From Squalus acanthias (taxonomy: Eukaryota), in assembly GCA_030390025.1 (NCBI GenBank), contig CM059433.1, positions 30,506,001 through 30,570,000 on the forward strand: a stretch of 64,000 nucleotides of DNA, read 5' to 3'. Both the position numbers and the translations under genes were made by a program. The notes under the pieces are model-generated. The model was not told the origin of the DNA. It did not search any database and saw only the letters and a list, made by a program, of their open reading frames with translations. Below, in pieces: positions 52,401-63,325 of the stretch. Numbering within the stretch: position 1 is the stretch's first letter; each line of letters starts with the position of its first letter.

Positions 52401-53140
52401 TGGATTTGTTAAAGGCAAATTGTGTTTAACTAACTTGATTGAGTTTTTTGATGAGGTAACAGAAAGGGTTGATGAGGGCAATGCGGTTGATGTGGTGTAC
52501 ATGGACTTCCAAAAGACGTTGATAAAGTGCCACATAATAGGCTTGCCAGCAAAGTTGAAGCCCATGGAATAAAAGGGACAGTGGCAGCATGGATACAAAA
52601 TTGGCTAAGTGACAGGAAACAGAGATTAGTGGTCAACGGTTGTTTTTCGGACTGGAGGAAGGTGTACAGTGGTGTTCCCCAGAGATCAGTACTAGGACTA
52701 TATTAATGATTTAGACTTGGGTGTACAGGGCAAAATTTCAAAATTTGCAGAAAAATTTGGAAGTATAGTGAGCAGTGAGGAGGATAGTGATAGACTTCAA
52801 GAAGACATAGACAGGCTGGTGGAATGGGCTGACACGTGGCAGATGAAATTCAACGCAGAAAATTGTGAAATGATACATTTTGGTAGGAAGAACAAGGAGA
52901 GGCAATATAAACTAAAGGGTATAATTCTAAAGTGGGTGCATGAACAGAGAGACCTGGGGGGTATATGTGCACAAATCATTGAAGGTGGCAGGGCAGGTTG
53001 AGAAAGCGGTTAAAAAAGCATACGGGATCCTGGGCTTCATAAATAGAGGTCATGATGCGGAGATGCCGGTGTTGGACTGGGGTGGACAAAATTGAGAGGT
53101 CGCACAACACCAGGTTATAGTCCAACAGTTTTATTTGAAA

Positions 53141-53183
53141 TCACAAGCTTTCGGAGCTATCGATTTGCTCCTTCCTCAGGTGA
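53141..53183 (-). ncRNA. Minimal hammerhead ribozyme motif, mirror copy in the left Penelope arm
   Basis: Exact reverse complement of 57611-57653. Confidence 0.75.
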
Positions 53184-53490
53184 AGTAAATTAGATACAGA
53201 ATCTCCAAAGCATATATAGATGGAAAACAAAGAATGTGTACTTTACAATTGCAGACCAATAAATTAAATCATCCTGACTATCTGCCGAGGTGTGATAAAG
53301 TTAATTAAGTCAGCCAGGAAGGTACCACATCAAAGACATAGCAAGATACAACTGAGACAATGAGGTGTAGTCGCAGGGGTTCTAACGTGTCAAAAGCTGC
53401 CGTCTGTATGTAAAACGAAAAGCTTTAAAATTTTTACTTTTTTACTGGGAATCACATCTGTGAACAAGCCAACGATGACTCGAGTCCGGA

Positions 53491-55566
53491 TCACGTCATG
53501 TATCGTGACATAAACCCAAGATCCCGGTTGAGACCGTCTTCATGAGTGCGGAACTTGGCTATCAGTTTCTGCTCGATGATTTTGCGTTGTCGTGTGTTTC
53601 TAAGGTTGCCTTGGAGAACGCTTACCCGCAGATCCGAGGCTGAATGTCCTTGACTGCTGAAGTGTTCCCCGACTGGGAGGTAACAATCCTGCCTGGCGAT
53701 TGTTGCGCGGTGCTCGTTCATACGTTGTCTCAGTGTCTGCATGGTCTCGCCGATGTACCATGCCGCGGTGCATTCTTTCCTGCAACGTATGAGGTAGACA
53801 ACGTTGGCCGAGTCACATGAGTATGTACCATGTACCTGGTGGGTAGTGTCCTCACGTGTGATGGTGGTATCTGTGTTGATGATCTGGCATGTCTTGCAGA
53901 GTTTGCCATGGCAGGGTTGTGTGGTGTCGTGGTCACTGTTATCCTGAAAGCTGGGTAATTTGCTGCGAACGATGGTACTTCTGAGGTTAGGCGGCTGTTT
54001 GAAGGCAAGTAGTGGAGGCGTGGGGATGGCCTTAGCGAGGTGTTTGTCGTCATCGATGACATGTTGAAGGCTGCGAAGAACATGGCGTAGTTTCTCCGCT
54101 CCGGGGAAGTACTGGACGACATAGGGTACCCTGTTGGTTGTGTCCCGTGTTTGCCTTCTGAGGAGGTCTATGCGATTTTTCGCTGTGGCCCGTCGGAACT
54201 GTCGATCGATGAGTCGAGCGTCATATCCCGTTCTTACGAGGGCGTTTTTCAGCGTCCGTAGGTGTCCATCGCGTTCCTCCTCGTCTGAGCAGATCCTGTG
54301 TATTCGCAGGGCTTGTCCATAGGGGATGGCTTCTTTAACATGGTTAGGGTGGAAGCTGGAGAAGTGGAGCATCGTGAGGTTGTCCGTGGGCTTGCGGTAG
54401 AGTGAAGTGCTGAGGTGTCCGTCTTTGATGGAGATTCGTGTGTCCAGGAATGAGACTGATTCTGAGGAGTAGTCCATGGTGAGTTTGATGGTGGGATGGA
54501 ACATGTTTATGTTATCGTGTAGTCTTTTCAGTGATCCTTCGCCATGGGTCCAAAGGAAGAAAATGTCGTCGATGTATCTGGTATACAGCGTTGGCTGGAG
54601 GTCCTGTGCAGCGAAGAAGTCTTGCTCGAACTTGTGCATGAAGATGTTGGCGTATTGGGGTGCGAATTTGGTCCCCATGGCTGTTCCGTGTGTTTGGGTA
54701 AAAAAATGGTTGTCGAAGGTGAAGACATTGTGGTCAAGGATGAAGCGGATGAGTTGCAGGATGGCGTCTGGAGATTGGCTGTTGTTGATGTTGAGTACTG
54801 AGGCTGTTGCAGCGATGCCGTCATCGTGGGGGATACTGGTGTAGAGTGCCGATACGTCCATCGTGGCAAGGAGTGTTCCTGGTTCAACTGGTCCGTGGGT
54901 GCTGAGTTTCTGTAAGAAGTCTGTAGTGTCGCGACAGAAGCTGGGGGTTCCCTGTACGATGGGTTTCAGAATGCCCTCGACGTATCCAGAGAGGTTCTCA
55001 CACAGGGTTCCATTGCCTGATACGATAGGACGTCCGGGTGTGTTGGCTTTGTGTATCTTTGGGAGGCAGTAGAAGTCTCCCACGCGGGGATTACGTGGGA
55101 TGAGAGCGCGTAGGATGTTTTGAAGGTCTGGATCGAAGGTCTTGATCAGTCTATTGAGTTGGCGGGTGTGTTCTTTGGTCGGATCTGCGGGTAGCTGTCT
55201 GTAGTGTTCCTGGTTGTCCAGTTGTCGGTATGCTTCTTTACAATAGTCCGTTCTGTTCTGTATGACGATGGCTCCTCCTTTGTCCGCTGGTTTGATGACA
55301 ATGTTGCGGTTGGTCTTGAGAGCGTGGATGGCGTTGCGTTGTGCTCGGGTGACATTCTGGACTGTCTTGTGAGTGCAGCTGATGAATCTGGCGTTGATGC
55401 ATCTCCTGACAGCTTGAGCATACATGTCAAGCTTGGGGCAGCGACCCTCCGGAGGGGTCCAGTTTGACTCTTTTTTCTTCGGTTGCTGCACTGCGAGTCC
55501 CTCTGTCTGCTGTTCTGGATCATTGATTGTCTCATTGGGTTTGTTGCTGACATCTTGGGATTTGTG
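53491..55566 (-). CDS. Penelope-like RT + GIY-YIG endonuclease ORF, 5'-truncated (Neptune-like Cys linker)
   Basis: IKPADKGG, FYCLPKIHK, GRPIVS, MDVSALYTSIP, GTAMG, YIDD, linker CHGKLCKTC, endonuclease NVVYLIRC...YIGET...RMNEH. The frame stays open upstream of the tracked GTG (55491) to the junction. Confidence 0.95.
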   Translation of the reverse strand, partial: HKSQDVSNKPNETINDPEQQTEGLAVQQPKKKESNWTPPEGRCPKLDMYAQAVRRCINARFISCTHKTVQNVTRAQRNAIHALKTNRNIVIKPADKGGAIVIQNRTDYCKEAYRQLDNQEHYRQLPADPTKEHTRQLNRLIKTFDPDLQNILRALIPRNPRVGDFYCLPKIHKANTPGRPIVSGNGTLCENLSGYVEGILKPIVQGTPSFCRDTTDFLQKLSTHGPVEPGTLLATMDVSALYTSIPHDDGIAATASVLNINNSQSPDAILQLIRFILDHNVFTFDNHFFTQTHGTAMGTKFAPQYANIFMHKFEQDFFAAQDLQPTLYTRYIDDIFFLWTHGEGSLKRLHDNINMFHPTIKLTMDYSSESVSFLDTRISIKDGHLSTSLYRKPTDNLTMLHFSSFHPNHVKEAIPYGQALRIHRICSDEEERDGHLRTLKNALVRTGYDARLIDRQFRRATAKNRIDLLRRQTRDTTNRVPYVVQYFPGAEKLRHVLRSLQHVIDDDKHLAKAIPTPPLLAFKQPPNLRSTIVRSKLPSFQDNSDHDTTQPCHGKLCKTCQIINTDTTITREDTTHQVHGTYSCDSANVVYLIRCRKECTAAWYIGETMQTLRQRMNEHRATIARQDCYLPVGEHFSSQGHSASDLRVSVLQGNLRNTRQRKIIEQKLIAKFRTHEDGLNRDLGFMSRYMT

Positions 55567-57275
55567 GACAGCTACCCGCAGATCCGACCAAAGAACACAC
55601 CCGCCAACTCAATAGACTGATCAAGACCTTCGATCCAGACCTTCAAAACATCCTACGCGCTCTCATCCCACGTAATCCCCGCGTGGGAGACTTCTACTGC
55701 CTCCCAAAGATACACAAAGCCAACACACCCGGACGTCCTATCGTATCAGGCAATGGAACCCTGTGTGAGAACCTCTCTGGATACGTCGAGGGCATTCTGA
55801 AACCCATCGTACAGGGAACCCCCAGCTTCTGTCGCGACACTACAGACTTCTTACAGAAACTCAGCACCCACGGACCAGTTGAACCAGGAACACTCCTTGC
55901 CACGATGGACGTATCGGCACTCTACACCAGTATCCCCCACGATGACGGCATCGCTGCAACAGCCTCAGTACTCAACATCAACAACAGCCAATCTCCAGAC
56001 GCCATCCTACAACTCATCCGCTTCATCCTTGACCACAATGTCTTCACCTTCGACAACCATTTTTTTACCCAAACACACGGAACAGCCATGGGGACCAAAT
56101 TCGCACCCCAATACGCCAACATCTTCATGCACAAGTTCGAGCAAGACTTCTTCGCTGCACAGGACCTCCAGCCAACGCTGTATACCAGATACATCGACGA
56201 CATTTTCTTCCTTTGGACCCATGGCGAAGGATCACTGAAAAGACTACACGATAACATAAACATGTTCCATCCCACCATCAAACTCACCATGGACTACTCC
56301 TCAGAATCAGTCTCATTCCTGGACACACGAATCTCCATCAAAGACGGACACCTCAGCACTTCACTCTACCGCAAGCCCACGGACAACCTCACGATGCTCC
56401 ACTTCTCCAGCTTCCACCCTAACCATGTTAAAGAAGCCATCCCCTATGGACAAGCCCTGCGAATACACAGGATCTGCTCAGACGAGGAGGAACGCGATGG
56501 ACACCTACGGACGCTGAAAAACGCCCTCGTAAGAACGGGATATGACGCTCGACTCATCGATCGACAGTTCCGACGGGCCACAGCGAAAAATCGCATAGAC
56601 CTCCTCAGAAGGCAAACACGGGACACAACCAACAGGGTACCCTATGTCGTCCAGTACTTCCCCGGAGCGGAGAAACTACGCCATGTTCTTCGCAGCCTTC
56701 AACATGTCATCGATGACGACAAACACCTCGCTAAGGCCATCCCCACGCCTCCACTACTTGCCTTCAAACAGCCGCCTAACCTCAGAAGTACCATCGTTCG
56801 CAGCAAATTACCCAGCTTTCAGGATAACAGTGACCACGACACCACACAACCCTGCCATGGCAAACTCTGCAAGACATGCCAGATCATCAACACAGATACC
56901 ACCATCACACGTGAGGACACTACCCACCAGGTACATGGTACATACTCATGTGACTCGGCCAACGTTGTCTACCTCATACGTTGCAGGAAAGAATGCACCG
57001 CGGCATGGTACATCGGCGAGACCATGCAGACACTGAGACAACGTATGAACGAGCACCGCGCAACAATCGCCAGGCAGGATTGTTACCTCCCAGTCGGGGA
57101 ACACTTCAGCAGTCAAGGACATTCAGCCTCGGATCTGCGGGTAAGCGTTCTCCAAGGCAATCTTAGAAACACACGACAACGCAAAATCATCGAGCAGAAA
57201 CTGATAGCCAAGTTCCGCACTCATGAAGACGGTCTCAATCGGGATCTTGGGTTTATGTCACGATACATGACGTGA
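55567..57275 (+). CDS. Second, more truncated Penelope-like RT + GIY-YIG ORF copy
   Basis: The 530-aa tracked ORF (55683-57275) has the same translation as the minus-strand copy; homology starts at 55567. Confidence 0.95.
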
Positions 57276-57610
57276 TCCGGACTCGAGTCGTCGTTAGCTT
57301 GTTCACAGATGTGATTCCCAGTAAAAAAAGTAAAAAAATTTTCCCAGTAAAAAAGTAAAAAAATGTTAAAGCTTTTCGTTTTACATACAGACGGCAGCTT
57401 TTGACACGTTAGAACCCCTGCGACTACACCTCATTGTCTCAGTTGTATCTTGCTATGTCTTTGATGTGGTACCTTCCTGGCTGACTTAATTAACTTTATC
57501 ACACCTCGGCAGATAGTCAGGATGATTTAATTTATTGGTCTGCAATTGTAAAGTACACATTCTTTGTTTTCCATCTATATATGCTTTGGAGATTCTGTAT
57601 CTAATTTACT

Positions 57611-57653
57611 TCACCTGAGGAAGGAGCAAATCGATAGCTCCGAAAGCTTGTGA
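57611..57653 (+). ncRNA. Minimal type I hammerhead ribozyme motif in the Penelope pseudo-LTR
   Basis: tcac-CTGAGGA-a-GGAGC-aaatcgata-GCTCC-GAAA-gc-tt-gtga: CUGANGA and GAAA core, 5-bp stem II, stem I tcac/gtga, palindromic AAGCTT in place of stem III, as described for Penelope-associated hammerheads. Confidence 0.75.
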
Positions 57654-58334
57654 TTTCAAATAAAACTGTTGGACTATAACCTGGTGTTGTGCGACCTCTC
57701 AATTTCATAAATAGAGGCATAGAGTACAAAAGCAAGGAAGTTTTGATGAACCTTTATAAAACACTGATTCGGCCTCAACTGGAGTATTGTGTCAATTCTG
57801 GGCACTGCACTTTAGGAAGGATGTGAAGGCCTTAGAGAGGGTGCAGAAAAGATTTAAAAGAATGGTTCCAGGGATGAAGGACTTCAGTTACGTGGATAGA
57901 CTGGAGACGCTGGGGTTGTTCTCCTTAGAGCAGAGAAGGTTCAGAGGAGATTTGATCGAGATATTGAAAATCATGAGTGGTCTGGACAGAGTAGATAGAG
58001 AGAAACTGTTCCCATTGGCAGAAGGGTCGAGAACCAGAGGACACAGAATTAAGGTGACTGGCAGAAGAACCAAAGGCGACATGAGGAAAAAAATGTTTAC
58101 TCAGCGAGTGGTTAAGATCTGGAATGCACTGCCTGAAACGGTGGTGGAGGCAGATTCAATTGTGGCTTTCAAAAGAGAGTTGGATAAGTACCTGAAGGAA
58201 AAAGATTTGCAGGGCTATGGGGAAAGGGCGGGGGAGTGGGACTAGCTGAAGTGCTCTTGCAGAGAGCCGGCACGGGCTCGACGGGCCGAATAGCCTCCTT
58301 CTGTGCTGTAATCATTCTATGATTCTAAAGAAGG

Positions 58335-58682
58335 TACTTGCATTTATGTAGCACTTTTCATGACCTTAGGATGTTCCAAAATGCTTAGCAGCCAATGAAG
58401 TATTTTTTTGAAGTGTAGTCATTGTTGTAATGTAGGAAACGCAGCAGCAATTTGTGCACAGCAAGATCCCACAAACAGCAATGTGATAATCGTCTGTTTT
58501 TAGGTGTTGGCTGGGGGATAAATACTGGCCAGGACACCGGGCAGAACTCCCCTGCTCTTCTTCGGAATAGGATCTTTTACGTCTACCTGAGAGGGCAGAC
58601 CCGTGCCTCGGTTTAATGTCTCATCCGAAAGATGGCACCTCCTACAGTGCATTTCCCACTCAGCACTGCACTGGGAGTGTCA
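58335..58682 (-). mobile_element. SINE, 5'-truncated
   Basis: Same family body and tail. Confidence 0.8.
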
Positions 58683-58941
58683 AAGACCTCCCCCCCACCA
58701 CATGTTTCCTTATTTGTCACACATGAATAAAAATTAAAACATGCAGTTATTTTACCAGATGTTTGATATTCCAATTTACAGTTAGCTGAGAAGCTCCCTG
58801 TGCTTTCACAAAGTGAATTAGCATTTAGGCTTTTAGCGCTCAAACTGAACAATTGGCAATTTATTTCCTCAAAGCAAAAATGTTCACAAGTTACCAGAGT
58901 GGATCACTTGAGCTGCTGCAATCACTGTCTGCTATAAACGA

Positions 58942-59417
58942 GAAGTCGCACAACACCAGGTTATAGTCCAACAGATTTATTTAAAATTACAAGCTTTCGG
59001 AGCTGTCGCCCCTTCCTCAGGTAGAGTAGCTGTGAGAGAATCTCCCAGAATTCATAATATAAACACAGAAAAAATGTATTCAAATCTTTCCCTACATCAA
59101 AGACACACTAAGAGCACAGCCAAGACAATGAGATGTGTCCCAGGGGGTCCAACATGTCAAAACACCTGCTGGCTGCATATCCTCTGCAGTTGAGCTTGGT
59201 TCTTGTGTTAGTTTTTTTTTAAAAAAAAGCTGGAAAGACCGGCCATGATGTCAAGTCACGTTCTGTATCGTGACATGAACCCGATATCGCGATTGAGGCC
59301 ATCCTCATGAGTGCGAACTTGGCTATCAGTTTCTGCTCTATGATTTTGCGCTGTCGTGTATCCCGAAGGCCGCCTTGGAGAACGCTTACCCGCAGATCCG
59401 AGGCTGAATGCCCCTGA
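58942..59417 (-). mobile_element. Short 3' fragment of a related but diverged Penelope subfamily
   Basis: Homologous to the GIY-YIG C-terminus (59270-59417) and the pseudo-LTR. 10-bp TSD ctataaacga at 58932-58941 and 59418-59427. Confidence 0.9.
58988..59023 (-). ncRNA. Minimal hammerhead ribozyme motif, variant
   Basis: tac-CTGAGGA-a-GGGGC-gaca-GCTCC-GAAA-gc-tt-gta on the minus strand. Confidence 0.7.
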
Positions 59418-59814
59418 CTATAAACGAATGAGACAGGTGATAAATGTGCTCAGAATTTATAAGGCAACAGCGAGTTGCTAATACCACGTCAAACTGGATT
59501 AAAAACATATTGCACCCACAGATTACTGTAGTATGGTAAAGATCATACAGTAAATATCAACAGTGTCATCTGCATACTGGCATTTACAAAGTGTTCTATC
59601 TACACCACTCACATCAGCCTTTCCAACCTTTAATAAACATAAAGGCAGCTGCAGGGGGCACTGCAACACTGTGTTGAAAATTAAATTTAGCAGTCATATC
59701 CGAAAGTGGTCTGTGCTACAATAAACCCTATTTCTTTCCAAATAAATCAATATGAACTTATCAATTGTTGGCAACAGGTAAAGGCTATCAGGCCCAATAA
59801 GCCCATCCCCTTGG

Positions 59815-61120
59815 AATAACAACAACAACTTGTATTTATATAGCGCCTTTAATGTAGTAAAATGTTTCAAGGCTCTTCACAGGAGAGTTATAAAACAAAA
59901 TTTGACACCAAGCCACATAAGGAGAAATTAGGACAGATGAAAAGAGGTGGGTTTCAAGGAGCATCCTAAAGAAGGAAAGAGAGGTAGAAAGGCGCAGAGG
60001 TTTAGGGAGGGAATTCCAGAGCTTAGGGCTTTGGCAGCTGAAGACACGGCCGCCAGTGGTGGAGCGATTAAAATCGGCGATGCTCAAGAGGCCAGAATTG
60101 GAGGAGTGCAGATATCTTGGGGGCTGCAGGAGATTACAGAGATAGGGAGGGGCATGGCCATGAAGGGATTTGAAAACAAGGATGATCATTTTAAAATCAA
60201 GGGGGGAGAAATTTGGTATCGCCCCGTTTGGGGCGCAATTATTGGCCGGGCGCAAAGTTTAGCGCCTGGCACTAATTATCGCCTCCGACTGCAAACTTGG
60301 CTTCTATCGCCCCTGGAGGTGATTGGAGCGCTAAATCAGGCACTACACACCTCTCTTAAGGCGCTAACGCTGAGGAGTGAGGTGCTACCTCAGAGCGCTG
60401 GCAAAGCTCATGTGATGTCAGTTAGCAATGGAACACAGACAGACAGGCGCCGGCCAGTTCTTAAAGGGGAGGGTTGATCTTGCTCTCCAACCACACACTG
60501 CTCATTGCAGCCTTGAATCTCGGCCTGCAGAGACCTGTACATCAATTCTGCTGGAAAGAACAATGGAGAGGCCCAGGGAAAGAGCTCAGAGTGCAGCCCC
60601 CATACTCTCTTCTAAATCGATGCAAGGAAGGTCAAATCAAAATGAGCCTGCAAAGTGCTGCTCAGTACCCAAAACTCCTTCACACAGCGTTGAATCTCTC
60701 CAGAAGTGTCTCTCTCTCTCTCAGAATGTGTGGTGCAAAAATGTTACCGACAAAAAAAGGCAGGAAGCAGCCACCTTTAAATAGCGCTCCCCCAGTCCCT
60801 TCCCGACTGCAAAACATTCCCCTCAACCTGTCGTTGCTAGTGGCAGGCGGAAAGGCAGGGGGCGCCACTCAATATCCGGTCCAGGGCGCTACTGGGACAT
60901 TGCACGCTTGACTGACGTCATGATCTGCGGGCGCAGGAGATTGTGGCGGTAGTGTTTAGCGCCGCCGCAAAATGTCTGGTCAATTTTGCGAGCGGCGCAA
61001 ACGTCGCCACGCTCGTTGCTTTGCGCCCCGTTAGCGCCCTACTAGTGCACTACAGGAGGCACAAAGCAACCGTATTTTTCCCCCAAGGTGTTGCTTAACC
61101 GGGAGCCAATGTATGCCAGC
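59815..61120 (-). mobile_element. L2 3' end split by the MITE at 60202-61084
   Basis: FKMIILVFKSLHGHAPPYL...LWNSLP; resumes at 61088. Confidence 0.8.
60202..61084. mobile_element. Harbinger-type non-autonomous element (MITE) interrupting an L2 fragment
   Basis: Imperfect TIRs gggggagaaatttgg / ccgtatttttccccc, 3-bp TSD aag, many tagcgcc/ggcgcta subterminal motifs; L2 continues on both sides. Confidence 0.75.
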
Positions 61121-61122
61121 AT

Positions 61123-61535
61123 AAGAAAGAACTTGCATTTATATTGCACCTTTCTCAACCTCAGGATGTCCCCAAGAACTTCACCACCAGTGAAGCACTT
61201 TTGAATTGTAGTCACTGTTGTAATGTAGGAAACGCAGCAGCCAATTTGCGCAGAGCAAGGTTCCACAAACAGCAATGTGATAATCACCAGATAATGTGCT
61301 TTAGAGATGTTGGTTGAGGGGTAATATTGACCAGGACACTGGGAGAACTTCTTCAAAATAATGCCATTAGATCTTTTACGTCCACCAGTTTAACGCCTTA
61401 TCCAACAAACGGCACCTCCGACAGTGTTGTACTCCTTCACTACTGCACTGGAGTGTCAGCCTAGATTATGCGCTGATGTCTCTGGAGTGGGACTTGAACT
61501 CAAAACCTTCTGACTCAGAGGCAAGAATGCTACCA
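61123..61535 (-). mobile_element. SINE, near full length
   Basis: Same family. Confidence 0.8.
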
Positions 61536-61539
61536 GCGG

Positions 61540-62540
61540 AGGGAGTGAGATGGGCAAAGATGGATAATATTGCAGGAATGGAGTTTGCTGTCTTGGTACT
61601 ATCTAGGATATGGATTTTGAGGCTCAGCTCAGGTTTGAAAAGGATACCAGGATTGCACATCACTTGTTTTAGCCTGAGAACAGCAGCTCAGGAGAAGGGA
61701 CAAAGTTGAGAAGGGAATAGAGTTGGGAGCCAGGTTACGGAGGTTTTGGTGGGTGCCAAATAAGAGAGTTTTGATTTTTCCAGTGTTCAACTGGAGAACG
61801 TCCTGGTTTTTCCATAACTTGATGTCAAAGTGGCAGTCGGACAACACAGAGGTGAAATTGAGAATGGTGCAGGAGAGCCACAGTTGGGTGTCATCGGCAT
61901 TTTGGCCTCTTGAGCATCCCCGATTTCCTTCGCTTCACCATTTTCAGCTGTGCCTTCAGCTGCCTCATCTCTAAGCTCTGTAATTCCCTCCCTAAACCTC
62001 TCCGCCTCGCTCTCCTCCTTGTAACCTACCTCTTTGACCAAGCATTTGTCCTAATATCTCCTTATGTGGCTCAGTTTCAAATTTGTTTAATAACACTCCT
62101 GTGAAGTGCCTTGGGACGTTTTACTACATTAAAGGCGCTATATAAAGGCAAGTTGTTGTTGCTTTTGTTGCATATGGACACTGACCCGTGCCGACAGGTA
62201 ATGTTTCCGAGGAGCAGCATATCAAGAAGTTGGTCAAGGAGAAACCTTGTTTACTGTGCGAAGGCAGGAGGAGAAGCTTTTGCTGGAGATACAATAAATC
62301 TGGTGGTACAAGTACGAGTGGAAACAGTTGAGAGCAATCCACCAAAGATGAGCAACACTTGAGAGATGGTGGAGAAGGATGGAGTGATCAACTGTGTCAA
62401 ATGTTGCAAACAGCTGAAGGAGGGACAAGGAGGATAGCCTCAGTCACTAAGGATGTCATAGCTGACTTTGACTAAGGATGTCTCCGTGCCATATTTTAGG
62501 GGAGGTGGGCATGGAGCTGGGTGGCAACAGTACATTCATG
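61540..62540. mobile_element. Cluster of L2 fragments in both orientations
   Basis: LQLNTGK (minus), L2 3' tail 61900-62162 (plus), FDTVDHSILL (minus). Confidence 0.7.
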
Positions 62541-62837
62541 TTGCAAAGTATTGCATATGCTGTAATGGATAGGGTTGATTGTCCTACAGACTTGGACTGC
62601 AGTGAAATTATCTGCCCTTTTTAAATCTTGTTTGGTCTTAATTGAGAAATCAATAAGATCAATAAAACCATTATGCTGACCTTACATAATACACTTTCAA
62701 TGACCGTGATTTAATGTACTGGCATTCATTAAAAAAATCATTTACATTGCTCCTAATACTCTGTTATATTAACTTCCTTAGACAGCCTGTCAGCCATTTA
62801 ATTTTTTAACTGTGGGCTATAGTTGATATTGTTCTCT

Positions 62838-63325
62838 TAGGAATATAGGAACAGGAGGAGGCCATTCAGCCCCTTGAGCCTGTTCCACCATTCAATTAGA
62901 TCGTGGCTGATCTGTATCTACCCACCTTGGTTCCGTAAACCTTAATACCCTTGCCTAACAAAAATCTATCAATCTCAATCTTGAAATTTTCAATTGACCC
63001 TCAGCCTCAACAGCTTTTTGGGGGAGAGAGTTCCAGGTTTCCACTACCCTTTGTGTGAAGAAGTGCTTCCTGACATCACCCCTGAACGGACTAGCTTGAA
63101 TCATAAGGTTATACCCCCTTGTTCTGAACTCCCCCATCGGAGGAAATAGTTTCTCTCTATCTACCATATCAATTCCTTTAATCATCTTAAACATCTCAAT
63201 TATATTACTTCTTAATCTTCTAAGGGAATACAAGCCTAGTCTGTGCAACCTGTCCACATAATTTAACCCTATTAGCCCCGATCTCATTCTAGTGAATCTG
63301 TGCTGCAGCCCCTCCAAGGCCTCCT
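62838..63325 (-). mobile_element. CR1 3' fragment
   Basis: RKHFFTQRVVETWNSLPQKAVEA plus 3' UTR. Confidence 0.85.

Larger units (their letters stand above)
53050..57703. mobile_element. Penelope-like element insertion: two 5'-truncated copies joined head-to-head (inverted), inside a CR1
   Basis: Arms ~53089-55199 and 55567-57705 are reverse complements. 14-bp TSD ttcataaatagagg at 53036-53049 and 57704-57717. The CR1 sequence resumes seamlessly on both sides. Confidence 0.95.
51620..58328 (+). mobile_element. CR1 LINE (ORF2 tether + RT + 3' UTR) split by the Penelope insertion into 51620-53049 and 57718-58328
   Basis: KSPGPDGMHPR, NYRPVSLTS, QHGF on the left; CQFWALHFRKD...WNALP on the right; continuity across the TSD. 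Confidence 0.93.

Noticed and set aside
53491..57275. Domesticated host gene pair or prokaryotic retron/group II intron RT
   Set aside because: 5'-truncated, TSD-flanked, with Penelope-type RT, GIY-YIG and pseudo-LTR; fully explained as a retroelement insertion.
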